Shown here: positions 11,700 through 25,495 of the stretch, piece by piece
Numbering within the stretch: the first letter of the stretch is position 1
Layout of the letters: each line of letters starts with the position of its first letter
Assembly: GCA_965287045.1 (NCBI GenBank)
Contig: OZ336872.1
Coordinates: 42,036,001 to 42,100,000, forward strand
Length of the DNA stretch: 64,000 nucleotides
Direction of reading: 5' to 3'
From: Carcharhinus amblyrhynchos
Taxonomy: Eukaryota
Position numbers and translations under genes: made by a program
Notes under the pieces: model-generated
Seen by the model: only the letters and a program-made list of their open reading frames with translations
Told to the model about the DNA's origin: nothing
Database searches by the model: none

Positions 11700-12950
11700 T
11701 AATGCCATTTTTGATCTGAACACTCCAGTTAATATCCTCATTTACTCTCACATAGCTGCATTATTGTTGGGTCTTGAGTCCACAAGTATGGTAAAGGAGT
11801 TAGCCACCACTTCTTTGCTGGAAAGGATAAGCTCCAAGCTCTGTATAAAGCCCTGTGCAAGGTTTCTGAAGAACTCCATGTTCTTTGATGTCAGTAAGCT
11901 CACTGGCAGGTCTGCCAATGCACCTACCATTTGTGCAATCCCATCAGTTTTTTCCTATATCCTGTACAGAGCAGAAATTATGACCAACCTCACCCTCTGG
12001 TACCCCCTCTCTCTCTCTCTCTTGGCTGCGAGTGACTCATTGCATCTAGATCATATCTCTATATGACTCCCTACAGTACAGTTCTTGGGTATCTGAAAGG
12101 AGAGAAGCACAAGAATAAGGCTGTGGTGAGGAAAGGGGTCAGGGTAAGCATGAAGTGCCTACTCAGACCATCTGCAACTTGTAAATCTATAGTGATTATT
12201 GGGAAAGCACTGTCTCTTCAATCCAGATAAGGACATGCATCTGTCCTTGTTCCCCACCAGTTAGGTGCTGCTGCCTGTGCTTGTGTCTCACTTTGTCCTG
12301 CAAGAGAGTGGGGAAGATGTTTTGGTGATTAAACCTGTTTGGGTAATATGCTTGTCTTGGTGGAATAGCTGAAAATGTGTACAAGCTGAGTTGGTGTGAG
12401 GCAGTGCAATGATGATGTTTACAGACAATGATGGTAGATGAGTGAAGGTGGTTTGCTGGTATAGTCTTCAGTCACGTGAGTATTTGAAGATGCATTCACT
12501 CACTTTGAACACAAGAGAGATCATTGAACTTCTTGTATACTACATCTAAATCCTTGGGGCTACACTGCAGGTATTGAACATGACGGTTAACTGCTCCCAT
12601 TGGTTTCACAGTGTCTATCTAGAAGAATTCCTGGTTCCTTTTGGCAGAAGACATCTCTGCCTGTCGACCTCTGGCATCAAGGCACGTATGTTACGTTGGA
12701 AAATGCTCTTCATCCTGTTCCACCATTATTCCATGTTTCTGCTCAAACACATTGCCAGCCCTACCCAGCATCTCCTGCAGCTTTAAGTACTATAGGATAG
12801 GTTCAAAATCGTTAACCCAGCATGAACCTGTGTCCGTTGCTGAGGCATGTAGCCACTCAACAAAGCATTTAGCGCTGGCTGCATGCTAACATCATGGCAA
12901 TGAGCAGATTGTATAAGGCTTATGCGCTGATTGCATTGGAAGGAATGAAC
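11700..12950 (-). mobile_element. Decayed PIF/Harbinger-like element (Myb/SANT ORF remnant)
   Basis: Minus strand near 12520-12540 reads KKFNDL (aagaagttcaatgatctc), the end of the Harbinger Myb/SANT motif; many stops. Confidence 0.45.
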
Positions 12951-13359
12951 GTCAAAATGCCTTTCTGTTGTTTGGGGCTATTCAATTATTCTTTCTTTCT
13001 CACTAATGGTTAGATGTAAATCATCATAATCAATGTATGATGCAAGTTTTCTGGTAAAGGTAACTCTGATGATGAGAGGCAAAATGTAATGTGAAATTTC
13101 TCCTTTTTAAGGAGTATTTCAATTTCTAATGTTTCTCTATGTTTGGGAAATTATAAAATAACAGGAATAAAGACTTGTTATCTGGAATTTAGCAGAACAA
13201 TCAAAATAGAAGATACATTTGGAGTAATTTAAAGATGAAAATTAAGTCCAAGAGTAAAGGGCAACTTTCAAACTAAAGCACTTATCCTTTGCATCAAAAT
13301 CATTATAACTCTCCCTTACTGATAAATCAGTGATATTTGGTATGCTTCACATATTTTTT

Positions 13360-13670
13360 CCCGACATGGAGGGGTCAGTGACCAGGGGAAATAAATTTAA
13401 GGCAACGGACACGGGGTTTAGAGGGGATGTGAAGAAATACTTTTCACTCAAAGGATGGTGGGAGTCTGGAGCTCACCGCCTGAAAGGATGGTGGAGGCAG
13501 AGACTCTCATAACTTTTAAGAAATGTTTAGATGTGCACTTGCAATGCCAAGACATACATGGCTATGAGCCAACTGCTGGAAGATGGGATTTGAATAATTG
13601 GATGGTTTGTCTCTTGTTGGCAAGGATGTAATGGGTCGAAGGGCCTTTTTCTGCACTCTATGGTTCTACA
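13360..13670 (+). mobile_element. CR1-type LINE 3' end
   Basis: Translates MEGSVTRGNKFK...FRGDVKKYF, followed by tail gggtcgaagggcctttttctgcactctatggttcta. Confidence 0.8.
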
Positions 13671-14659
13671 TTTCTAAGTAAAATATAATCATGAAATCTG
13701 TGGCAAAATGACTTGTTTGAATGACTTATTCATTGCAATTCACTGCACCCTACTCAAAATTTTCTGAACAACCATCATCAGCTTATCCACTATGAGATGC
13801 TAATCTTCGCAAATCTGTCTGCCCCCTTCCAACTTTGGGGATCCAGACCACAATTGCAAACTGATTCAATGCTTCCAATTTTATTAAACATCGCAATAAC
13901 TCATTTTGCAATGTCTTTTGACCTTGACTTTTAACCTTAGGTTCTGTCTGCCTATTCTGGTGACAGTAAATTATATCAACATTCGAAGTATAAAACTTGC
14001 ATTGATCTTGTCAACATTCCTTTCACAACCAACATCACCAAAAACAGATCAGTCATTTGTTTCATCTTCCGTTTATGAGGCATTGCTGCATGCAAATTGG
14101 CTATAGTATCTGTCTCCACAAAAATGCCTCCACTTCAAGAGTAATTTAGAATAGCTTGCAGAAATTATAAGATGCTCAATGAATGCAAGTTTCTTTATTT
14201 AATTAACTCACAACATGCAGAAGTAATTGTTTAAGAAAACCAGGTAATGAGAAAAACTAATAGTCTATTACAACATAGGCATTCAACTCGAACTCAAAGA
14301 AAGGGGAAATATGAAACTACAGAAATGGACAAAAGGGGAGTGAATCATTTAGAGTTGAAAAGGAAGATAGATATCCAACTAACAATTATTGAAAAATGTC
14401 ACAATGCATTTGCAATATTGCTGGAAATTGCATTTAAATACCCTTTTTGGTTTAACTAAAAATTAAGTTTGAGATAAATTTCTATAAAATGCTTCATGGT
14501 AAAGCATGATACAGAGTAGTTTTGAGAAGCAGCGTTACAAGTTAGTTTCCAAACTGCTGCAGAATATAGTTCACAGTACAGGGTACATAATTTTGATCTT
14601 AAATTAATTATGGTAAAATATAATTCCTTGTTTCCTGTAATATTTGAATACAACACTTT

Positions 14660-15038
14660 GGTCCAGTTTTACCATTGTGTCACGCCCAAAACTTAATAGT
14701 CAGGCATGAGACGATTAGCGCAATCCGCACCCGCGTCTGCACAGATGCCCACTTTACCAAGGCCTGAAAATGGCCGCAATCCGAACCGTGCCCGAAACGA
14801 GCGCGACATCAATTTAAATGCATTTGCAGGGACGCATTTTTCTAATTTTTTTCACTGCATATGCGCTATTCAAAGCTCTGATCAGAGCTGAAGTATTTCG
14901 GGTGCGATAAGCCCAGCCCACAATGCAATTCAAATTCGCAATTTTTTTTTCAGGCTTAAGTGCGTACGGGGGCACCTGAGAACAATCTGAATTGTGCCCA
15001 GATTCAGCACTTACAATCAAAATGGTAAAATCGGGCCC
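14660..15038. mobile_element. MITE
   Basis: TIRs ggtccagttttaccatt / aatggtaaaatcgggccc; CpG-rich interior in AT-rich intron. Confidence 0.7.
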
Positions 15039-15740
15039 TTTATTTCATTTCTATAACATATTACAAAATTCGCAAATAGCACAGAAAACAAAGGGTATGA
15101 ATTTTACTTGTTTTACTCCTGCTTTGCTCTTAATATTTTTTCAATACTTACAAGTCTAACAGTAAAATGTCATCTCACAGGCATCATATTTATGCATCAA
15201 GAATCAAATTTAACAGCTTAATTCTGACACCGGAACATTTTGTTATCAAATCTGAGATTGTTAACAGAGATATTTTCCTAATTATGACTAATGTTAAAAC
15301 ATGGTGTGCATCATTTTATTCTTCTTTATTCAGCATCCACTCTGTGCAGATGAACTACTAGCTTTCCATTATCTTGCATCAACACATATTGACTGAAGTT
15401 GCAAGTGGCAACTAAAGGCCCAGTCATGCTCAATTAATTCTTAGATATTGATGTTGAATGATACTGTTGTTGGCTGGGTACCTTCAGCAACTGAATTATA
15501 CATGTTTCAAGCAAGAAATAAGGTAATCTTTCCATTACAATTGATTAATTCATTTAAAGAATTACAGACGGTAGCAGAATAATGATTATGATGTAACCTA
15601 CTACCTGTTAACATTAAGTGGAATTACTTTTTTGTATGAACGTTAGTAGAAGTTTATTGAACTCCGTGGTAAATCCCTATTAGGTCTTTATGGCTTTAGT
15701 TTTCTATGCCAAGAACCATATACATTCTGTGTCATTCTTT

Positions 15741-15766
15741 GTGTGTGTGTGTATGTGTGTGTGTGT
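15741..15766. repeat. (GT)n microsatellite
   Basis: gtgtgtgtgtgtatgtgtgtgtgtgt. Confidence 0.9.
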
Positions 15767-16534
15767 ATTGCACAATTGCATTATGTATAGCTATTAGGTT
15801 ACAAATTATTTATTTACCTTATTCTGTGGGATGGTCAAACATAGCTCCTTGATTTTAGGCGTCAGAAAAATCTTAGAAAAAAGAATTAAAAATTGTATTT
15901 TCACTTTTTTTTCTCATTTCTGAAAAACTAATTTCTCCCATCCCCCACCGGAATATTCTGTTTACACGTTCCCTTCCTTCAGCTGGAAGGGTCAAATGCC
16001 TTTTTCTATGTTTGCCATCCACACCCCTCTAACGATCAGCTGACAGAAATTATAGTTTTGTGGGACAGAACAAGTCGTGCAAGTATTTTGAATCAATAAC
16101 CCCAGTCTGGCAACAGGATTTAATACTTGGTGCTCCACATGGCAATATAGGCAAGAGCTGATATAGCTCATGCAATAAAGGCATTTATGTTCAAACACCA
16201 ATGCGCAGGCAAGTAAATATGAAACCTTCTGAATGGAACCTTAATATACCACCATTAGAATTATGAGACGACCCTATATTTTATTTCATTAAAGTTATTG
16301 ACGCTACAGTGTCCACAGCCGGAGTGGCATGACTGACCAGCAGTGTTTTTAGGTGAACTGGTGAATCTGCCTACAACTGCAAAATAACAACACAAGTATC
16401 AACATTGAGGAACTTTAGAGCAAGTCAGTGATAGGGGTAAGTCAAAAACTGCTCAGAAGCAAGAACATACAAAAATTGGTGCATATGTTGATTATTGTAA
16501 GCATTTATCATTTTGCCCATAGATCACTACTTAC

Positions 16535-16618
16535 AGGCTGAGGAGTAGATTTTGGTTCAGTTGACTTCACATGCAGGTGTGTCATCATAGCTTGCAGGCG
16601 TTCTTTGTCTTTTGCAAG
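16535..16618 (-). CDS. FOXP1: FOXP1 coding exon, leucine zipper (84 nt, phase 0 to 0)
   Basis: ttctgcag|CTTGCA...CAGCCT|gtaagt. Translates [28 protein letters not shown]; [18 protein letters not shown] is diagnostic for FOXP1. Confidence 0.97.
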
Positions 16619-16799
16619 CTGCAGAAATAAAACATTTTAGCTTCCGAAGCAAAACCACAACAATCAAAAACAATAAAGACTTATGAATCATCCTTAGTAA
16701 AACTTTCAGTCGCTGCAAATCTTTTATTTTCACATATGTTGCATTTTCTAACATCTTCACATTTAAATTAATGATTTGATTAATGAAAATGGTGATTTG

Positions 16800-17690
16800 T
16801 AGACCTCCTTGTCAAACAAAAATCTAACTAACTCAGTCTTGAATACAGTCAATGACCCAGCCTCCACTGCTCTCTAGGGAAGAGAATTCTAAACACCAAC
16901 AAATTCCTCACCTTGGTTTTAAATGGGAGACACCTAATTTTAAGCTGTTCCTCCTCGATCTAAATTTCCACAAAAGGGAAAACATCTTCTCAGCATCTTC
17001 CTCTTCCCTGTTTAGTCTCAGAATCTGTTTCAGTGAGATCACTTCTTATTCTTCTGGTCTCAATGAGTATATATTCAACCTGCTCAACCTTTCCCCATAA
17101 GACAAACCCCTCATCCCAAAAATCAATCTAGTGAACCATCTTTGAACTGCTTTTAATGCAAGCGTGTCCCTCCATAAGTAAGATGACCAAATCTGTACAC
17201 AATATTCTAGATGTGGTTTCACAAACATTGTGTATATTTTGAGCAATACTTCCCTACTTCATTCCCTTGCAAAATCTTTTGTGATGCATGCACAAGGAAT
17301 CTAGGTTCTGCTGTATGGCAGCATTCTGCAATATCTCTCCATTTAAGTAATATTCTGCTTTTCTATTCTTCCTGCCAAAGTGGACAACTTCGCTCTTTCC
17401 TCCATCTGCCAATGTTTTTGCCCACTCACGCAATTTTGGAGATTCTTAGTGTGTTCCTCCCATTTTCTTACCTATCCTTGTATCATCAGCAAATTTAGGT
17501 ATAATACAGTTGGTCTCTTCTTCCAAGTCATGATATAAATCATAAGTAGTTGAGACCTTAGTAATCATCTCTGCCAGTTAGTTTGCCATCCTGAAAAAGA
17601 CCCATTTATCCTGACTCTGTTTCCTGTTAGTTAGCCAATCTTTTATCCATGCTAATATATCATCCCTAAAATCATGGAATTTGTGGCACC
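16800..17690 (-). mobile_element. CR1 LINE ORF2 3' fragment, decayed
   Basis: ORF 17046-17246(-) contains VKPHLEYCVQIWSSY...VQRWFTRLIFGMRGLSYGERLSRL, typical CR1 C-terminus. Confidence 0.85.
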
Positions 17691-17749
17691 TTCCTGCCTT
17701 TGAGCCCTGAAGATGGACACAGGGAACACAATGCATGATTAATCAGCAC

Positions 17750-20160
17750 CCACTACTTCTGATGCAGGCAGCATGCAAACTTTGTGTCGCCTGCTGATTT
17801 AAATATTAGCACATAGCCAAATGCTAAACTGGCTATTGTTTGGCTGTATGCAATCTGTCCAAGTTCATGTGAGGCGAGCACAACTTAAAATTAGCCTGTA
17901 CTACTGTACACCTCTGCAATGGGAGTTACTTTCTGGCAGAAACAGGTGCAGAAAATGGTTGGGAGAGAACACTAATTAATGGTGCAACTGGAAAAAGAGC
18001 ATTCCCAAGATTGCTCAAAGTTGTATTATTGGAGATCTCTTGTGTAAAGATTGGAGAGGAAGAAAAAGGCCCTCTATCCATAAAGAACCCGGGGACCCTC
18101 CAGACAGAGGGAGTGGGGGTCCATCTCAGCCAAAAGCAGAGTAAACCTGAGGATCTGGATGCAATGTCAAAAGAATTTCAATGACCTTATACAACTTATA
18201 TCAAGGTCAGTGAATGTACCTTCAAATGCCATATTATAGAATCATAGAATCCTACAGTTCAGAAGGAGGCCATTCAGCCTATCGAGTCTGCACCGACCCC
18301 AATTTCACCCCATAACATCTCCTGTCCCCATGCATTTACCCTAGCTAGTCCCCCTGATGGTAAGGGGTAATTTAGCATGGCTAATCCACCTAACCTGCCC
18401 ATCTTTGGTCTGTGGGAGGAAACTAGAGCACCCAGAGGAAACCCACACAGACACAGGGAGAAGGTGCAATCTCCACACAGACAGTGGCCCAAGCTGGGAA
18501 TCGAACCCGGGTCCCTGGCATTGTGTGCCAGCAATGCTAACTACTGTGCCACCTATATCCTTTCAGATGAACCAGCCTCACACATGGCTTCATTCATCAA
18601 ATCCCCTTCACTCACCCACCAACAACCCCTACCGACTACAACTTATACTTTACATTCAGGGCTTCAACTCACTCTCACATTTAGCACTCCTGCTAGACTC
18701 ACTCCTAAACTTTGCACACACTGCCAGCTACTCAAACGTGACAGACACATCACCCAAACAAATTACAGCACACTCACGGACATATTTCTCCTTCTTTGCA
18801 GGATTAGGTAGTACATTACAAGTAGGGTGCATGTCTGCACCCTGATGGAAAGTTACTCAGCATCATTAGAGAAGTCACAAATGGAGCCTTGGGCAGTGGC
18901 ATGGCTGAAACCACAGATGTTGGTAAATTCCTACCTAATTTTCTCTCACAACCATCTAATCCCTCATTCCAAAACCTCTTCTGCTTTACAAGATTCAACT
19001 GATGTAAGCATATACTTTTTGTTTTCCCCCTTTCATTCAATGGAACTCTATCCTTGCACCTTTCTCCTTTCAGATACCCAAAAGCTGCCATCTGGCCTAG
19101 CATTAGTACAGGAGCATGAAGTGGAAGAAAAATAAAAGATGGATGAGGAAGAAATACCATTACTTGACCTGACGTGCACAGCTCAGATACTGACACTAAG
19201 CATACTTCAGGAGGTCTGCGTGTGATGAGTAACCAGACATAAGTGGACTGCAGGCAGGGCAAATAGAAAAGTACAGCAGGTGCCACTTCCCCAGAGAGCA
19301 AGGCTACACACCAGCTCTGTTGCAAAGAACTCAAATAAAGTCTTTGATGGAGTTGCAGACAGAAAAAGGCTGATTGCACAATTGTATGCTTGGTTCATTG
19401 GCAAGCCTGTGAAAAAACCTGTCAAAATGCCCAATTCCAAGAGAATGCTTGTGGACCTAACCACAATATAATGTCTGATAGCCGATGTCTCAGCTTTCAG
19501 TGCACCTCAAGCAGAAGCCATCCAACACTGAGTACTGTTGTCAAAGCTGAGACTAAAACTATTGCATTTGAGTTTGTTCATGCAGGCTTAGATAGCTGCA
19601 ATCATGGTTGATATTCGCTACGATTTCATGGCAGTTCAGTAATCTGCCTTCCAACAGGTTACTAGGACTGTTGCAGTGCTGCCTCTTTGGAATGGCAGTG
19701 GCTCCTTCAAAACACAACCCTTCTGTCCATCCTCTGGTTGACAGCCTGTGTCCCCTTATTGCTATCACTCCATCAGTGCCCTTGATATTGCCTGTCAGCC
19801 AGCCAGCCACACAGCCCAGATTGATCCAGTTCATGTTGAGGTGATGCAATCCAGCCCAGGATCTTCACAGGCTAAAACTGTGTAAATTCATCCAGCAAGG
19901 CCATCTGTAGTCACCAGATCAAAGCAGAATGGCTGCTAGGTGACAAAGGCTGTCAACTGGCCACGTAGTTCACGACTCCCTTCCATAACTAAACCACACG
20001 TGGGCAGCATACATATGAAGGAAAGTCTTGTGTCACGTGAAACACCATCGACCGCTGTTAGTCAATGATTTAGCTGCCAAGATGGGAGCTCCAGGTACTT
20101 GGGCAGCACTGCAAAGGAGCACTAGACCAGGCAAACACAACTGAAACTCAGGCAGTAAGT
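17750..20160 (+). mobile_element. Decayed PIF/Harbinger-like element (Myb/SANT ORF remnant), interrupted by an HE1 SINE
   Basis: 18156-18188 translates WMQCQKNFNDL, matching the W-x-QC-x-K-x-FNDL Myb/SANT motif. Boundaries uncertain. Confidence 0.5.
18236..18553 (-). mobile_element. HE1-like SINE
   Basis: ggaaacccacacagacac...gggaatcgaacccgggtccctgg with tail atagaatcatagaatcc. Confidence 0.9.
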
Positions 20161-20171
20161 GAATGCACTTT

Positions 20172-20479
20172 ATAGAATACTACAGTGCAGAAGATCATTC
20201 GGCCCATCAAGCCTGCATTGACAACAATCCCACCGAGGTCCTATCCCCATAACCGCATGCACTTACCCTGCTTGCCACCCCTGACACTAAGGGGCAACGT
20301 CGTATGGCCAAACAACCTAACCCGCACATGTTTGGACTGTAGGAAGAAGCCGGAGCACCCGGAGGAAACCCATACAAAATGGGAAGAATATGCAAACTCC
20401 ACACAGACAGTGGCCCAAGCTGGGAATTGAACCTGGGCGCTGTGAGACAGCAGTGCTAACCATTGTGCCACCATGCTGC
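20172..20479 (-). mobile_element. HE1-like SINE
   Basis: ccggagcacccggaggaaaccc...cagcagtgctaaccattgtgccacc. Confidence 0.9.
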
Positions 20480-20524
20480 TTGAAAGCAGAGTGGACTTAA
20501 TTAATTCTTAATTCCAGATATTTT

Positions 20525-20642
20525 TTATTGAATCCAAATTCCACCAGCTGCCGTGGTGGGATTTGAACCTGGGTCCCCAAGGCATTAACTGAGTTTCTGA
20601 ATTAATTGTCTAGTGATAGTACCATTTGGCCATCCCCTCCCC
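20525..20642 (-). mobile_element. tRNA-derived SINE head, same family as 2707-3068
   Basis: gggatttgaacctggg is the reverse-complement B box, with surrounding similarity to 2707-2830. Confidence 0.6.
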
Positions 20643-20804
20643 TATTCACTTTTGGAGGAAATACTGAACGGCACAGTTGCTAAAGTTAGAATGTAATGTT
20701 TGTTCTGTGGTGGCTTTTCTTTCAGCATTGCAGCTCAGTGGACATTGCGATTGTCAGTGACAGAGGGGAGGCAAGGTGTGGAACTGTTGTAGAATGTGGA
20801 ATTA

Positions 20805-21716
20805 TTAAATTTATTCAAGGGAGGTGGATGTCACTGGTTAGATCCACATTTATCATCCCCTAATTGCTGTGGAGAAGATGCTGATGAACTAACGCAGTCA
20901 ATGTGATGTAGGTACATCCATTGTGCTGTTAGGCAGGGAATTCCAGGATTTTGAACCAGCAATAGTGAAGGAACTATATTTCCAAGTCAGGACGGTGAGT
21001 GACTTGAAGAAAAACCTCCAGGTGGTGGTGTTCTCATGTATCTGCTGCCCATGTCCTTCTAGATGGTAATAGAGTTTGGAAGATGTTGTCTAAGGAATCT
21101 TGGTGAGTTCCTGCAGTGTAATTTGTAGGTGGTACATACAGATGTCATCATGTATCGGTGGTGGAGGGAATGAATATTTGTTGATGGGATGCCAATCAAG
21201 CTGGCTGCTTTGTTCTGGATATTTTTGGAGTTGCACTCATCCAAGTGAGTGGACAGTATTCCATCATACTCCTGACTTGCAACCTGTAGAAGGTGGACAG
21301 GCTTTATGAGGAGGAGAGGGGATTAGGAGATGAATTACTCACTACAGGATTCCTAGCTTCTGACTTGCCCTTGAAGTCACAGTACTTACATGGCTAATTC
21401 AGTTCAGTTTCTGGTCAATGATAACCACCAGGATGTTGACAGTGGGGGATTTAACAATGGTACTGCCATTGAAAGTTAAAAGGCAATGGTTAGATCCTCA
21501 TTTATATGCCATGTACATTCCTTGTCAGCTGAAGCCTGTGTATTATCCAGGTCTTGCTGCAGTTGGATATGGACTGCTTTAGTATCCGAGGAGTCGCAAA
21601 TGGTACTGAACATTGTACCATCATCAGCAAACATCCTCATTTCTGACTAATGATGGAAGAAAGTCACTGATGAAGCAGCTGAAAATGGTTGGGCCAAGAA
21701 CACTACCCTGAGGAAT
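20805..21716 (-). mobile_element. CR1/L2-group LINE 3' fragment
   Basis: Reverse complement aligns by eye with 24550-25490 (cctcagggtagtgt = PQGSV, gatgtttgctgatga = MFADD). Confidence 0.8.
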
Positions 21717-23169
21717 TTAATGCAACTATGTTTATTGCTACCACAGTCAGATTAGACAATCACAGACACCACAAACAGAAAGGGACAGTGTTGGGTGCCT
21801 TCTTCATTCCTTCTGAGCTATTTACCTTATACTTGATGGTCTGAGCTACATCCTCACATTAGGATACATCAGACCACACAATGAAATCGTCCCACACACT
21901 GACAGGCACTCAATGACTCCTCCCATCTTGGCAGCTAAATTGTTGAGTAACACAATGGTCGATGGTGTTCCATGTGACAACAAGACTTTCCTTCATTTGT
22001 ATGCTGCCACGTGTGGTTTAGTTATGGAAGGGAGTCGTGAACGACATGGCCAGTTGACAGTCTTTGTCACCTAGCAGCCATTCTGCTTTGATCTGGTGGC
22101 TGGAATACTGATGTCACAACAGATCAATATAACATGACTGCTGCCAGAAAACTGGATTGTCAAACTCTTGGCACCTCTATCTGTGAAAAAAATACCAGAG
22201 GACACGATGATTATGATAGACAGTCAAATGGAAATTCCAGGAAACAGGCGATCCTTTCTAGAAGCAAATCTGTTATGGTCCATTAGTAAAGCCATCAGGT
22301 TAAAATACATCTTCAGCAAAATGCTTCATAGGAAATACACCAGTCTGTGTTTTCAGAAGCAATTTTGTTTTCGGCCACTAGTCAGAATAGAGAAGTTTTA
22401 ACAGCCTTAAGAGTGTTATTGATATTTGAATTAATGCAAGATCTTCCAAACATGATCTTTATTTCACTGTCAAACATAAAAACCAACTATTTTATCACTA
22501 GTTATGAAAGATGTTGAGACTTTATTGTGGCCTTTGTACCTTGCAACTTCCTGTGTAGTTACTTCTGAACTATTTGAGTTGTTCAGAAACTGATGCAAGA
22601 TTCTTTCTAGTTATGCATAAGGTCAATATCCTACTGTTTTCCGGTATTTCAGCTGTATCTGAAACTGACTTTAAGTTTTATCTATGGATGAGTTACTGCT
22701 GACTGGGTATAAATAACAGATTTATATTTATATTACACTTTTTGACTTGAACTTGCAACACAAAATATTGCTGCAAGATTCCCATTGTATTCTAATTCCA
22801 CCACCCCCACAGGTCACTTGCTGTTGTTACTTTCCTCACATACATTTATATAAGATTCATGTATGTGGAGCAGTTGCGTAAATCCTGTAGCTACTGGAGC
22901 AGTTGGAGAAGTTTTTGGGTGAGTTGTAATTTGTGAAGGGGCTCAAGACTTTGCGAAGAACAATACTAAGCTAATCAAGTTTGGAGGTGACAATGGATAT
23001 AGTTAAGGGTTTCATCAGTAATGTGCTGAAGTGGGAGCTTCAATTTCCATTAACTCATTGCATTCTAGGATCTAGGTTGTCATGTTGGCTTGATGGTCCA
23101 AATGGCCTCCTTCACCACTGTACGGATTCTATAATCTCCATCAAAAACAAATCTACCATTGTTATCTCC

Positions 23170-23350
23170 TCATTTCCACAGACTTAACTCTGAGTTTCCT
23201 GTCACTCGCCAATTCAATTCTCCACCTTGCTCCCACTCTAATTTTTCTGTTAGTATTCCTCACTTTTCAACTCAACACTCTCCAGTCTTCTGGATTTCAT
23301 CATTGAGTTCAACAATTTTAGATCATAACCTCTCTCTCCATTTCTATTGA
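23170..23350 (+). mobile_element. Penelope-like GIY-YIG C-terminal remnant
   Basis: Translates FPVTRQFNSPPCSHS; ttgagttcaacaatttta (EFNNF) is typical of Penelope ORF ends. Confidence 0.5.
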
Positions 23351-23804
23351 AAGGGAGACCTTTGCTGGTTTTGGCTTTTCTCATTTCTTTATTTGCCCAC
23401 TTTGCATTCAAATGCATGCCAGCTAGCCATTCACAGAAGAAATGAAACACAATGAACTCAATGATCTTAATGTCTGGGGCTTTACCATTTGTATTCAACC
23501 ACATCCAGTTGTAATAGAGTGATGGATAATTAAACAACTAATCGGAGGAGGTGGCACAAGTGACTGCCCCTTTATATTTGTCACTTAGCTTATTTGATAT
23601 ATTTTAATTAGTTATTTGACCAGTTTTAAAATAAACCTCCTGTGGCCTGGTGGTATAGGTCATTGAACTGGGAATCTATTAACCTAGAGCAATGCTCCGG
23701 GGTTCCAGGTTCGAATCCCATCATGATAGTTTCCCATCATAGATAGTTTCAATTAAAAAAAAATCACCCTGTGGCAGGCATGGGTGGGCTGAAAAATTTC
23801 CACT

Positions 23805-25495
23805 AACATCCCAATCCTTAACAATGGAGGAGCCCACACTTCAATGCAAAAAACAAGGCTGAAGCATTTAAAACTACAATTAGCCAAAATTGTTACAGTG
23901 GATGAGCCATTTCTGCCTTGACCTGAACTCCCAGGCATCACAGATGTCAGTGTTTTGCCGATTGATTCACTGAACGTGATATTAAAAACAGTTGAATGCA
24001 CTGGTTACAACAAAGGATACGGGCCCTGACAGCATTCCTTTAGCAGGACTGAAGACTTGTGCTCCATGGCTAGCCATGCCTCTTGCCAAGCTTTCCCACT
24101 ATAGGTACAAAACTGGCATTTATCAAAAAATGTGGAAAATTGTCCATGCATGTCTTGCACATAAAAATAGAATTCCAATCCAGTCAATTTATTTTCAATC
24201 ATCAACAACGTGACAGAATGTGTCACTGACATTGCTATCTAGCAGCGCTTGCACAGCAATAACCTGCTCATCAATGCTCAGTTTAAAGTTCTGCGAGGGT
24301 CACTCAGTTTTAGAGCTCATGACAGTTCCAAAGATGAACAGAACGGCTGAATTCCAAAGGTGTGTTAAGAATGACAGCCCATGACAAAAAGGCAACACTT
24401 GACCAAGTGTGACAGCAAACAGCCCTAGCAAAACTGGAGTCAATGAATCAGGGGAAAACTCTCTACTGGGGTTGCACTCATAACTAGCAAAAAGAGAGAT
24501 GGTTCTGGTTGTTGTAGGGCAATCATCTAAGCCTTAGGACATCACAGCAGGTGTACATCAAAGTAGTGTCTTCAACCCAACTGTCTTCAGCTGTTTCATT
24601 ATTGACCTCCCACCAATATAAGGTCAGGGATGGGGATGTTTGCTGACAAATGCAGAATGCTATGTATCATTTGCAACTCCTTAGGTACTGAAGCTGTCCT
24701 TGCAAGCATGCTGCCAGGTCTGGACAACATTCAGGCTCGGGCTGATCACTGGTAAATAACATTCACTCACACAAATGCCAGGCAATGACCATCTTCAGCA
24801 AGAGAGAATCTAATCACCTCCCCGTAATGCTCAATAACTTTACCATTACTGAATTATCCACCAACAACATCCTGGGAGTCACCATAAACCAGAAATTTGG
24901 CTGAACTAGTCATAAATATTGTGGCTCAAAGATCAGGTCAGAACTTGCGAATTCTATGGTGAATAACTCACTTTCTTTCTCCCCAAAGCCTTTCCCCAAT
25001 ATACAAGGCACAAGTTGGGAGTGTGATAGAATACTCTCCACTTGCTTGGATCAATGCAGCTTCAGCAACACTCAAGAAGCTTAACACAGTTGAGGACAGA
25101 GCAGCTTGTTTAATTGATACCCCACGGACCCTCCACCAAGGGAGCAGTGTTTACCATTTACAAGATTCACTGCAGCAACTTGCCAAGGTTCCTTCAACCG
25201 TATCTTCCAAATCCATGATGTTGATCATTTAAAAGAACAAGTAGACATTACCACCATCAAAGTTACGTCCAAGTCACACATAATCCTGATTTGGGAGCTT
25301 TTTTTGCCACTGTCGCTGACTCAAAATCCTGGAATTTACTTCCTAATAGCATTGTGGATGTATGTCTACCACATAGAGTTGAATGGTTCAAGAAAGTGAC
25401 TCAGCATCACCTTTTCAAGGGCAGCTAGAACTGGAGTATAAATGCCAGCCTTGCCAGCAATGCTTATTTATATGCTACAAATGAACAATAAAAGT
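23805..25495 (+). mobile_element. CR1/L2-group LINE, 5'-truncated RT region to 3' tail, preceded by a SINE head at about 23640-23755
   Basis: GPDSIP...LKTCAP(W)LAMPLAKL, degenerate PQGS, gatgtttgctgac (MFAD), EYSPLAW; tail aaatgccagccttgccagcaatgc. Confidence 0.85.

Noticed and set aside
18816-19849. Longer ORFs (187 aa and others)
   Set aside because: No recognisable domain; lie in decayed Harbinger-like sequence.
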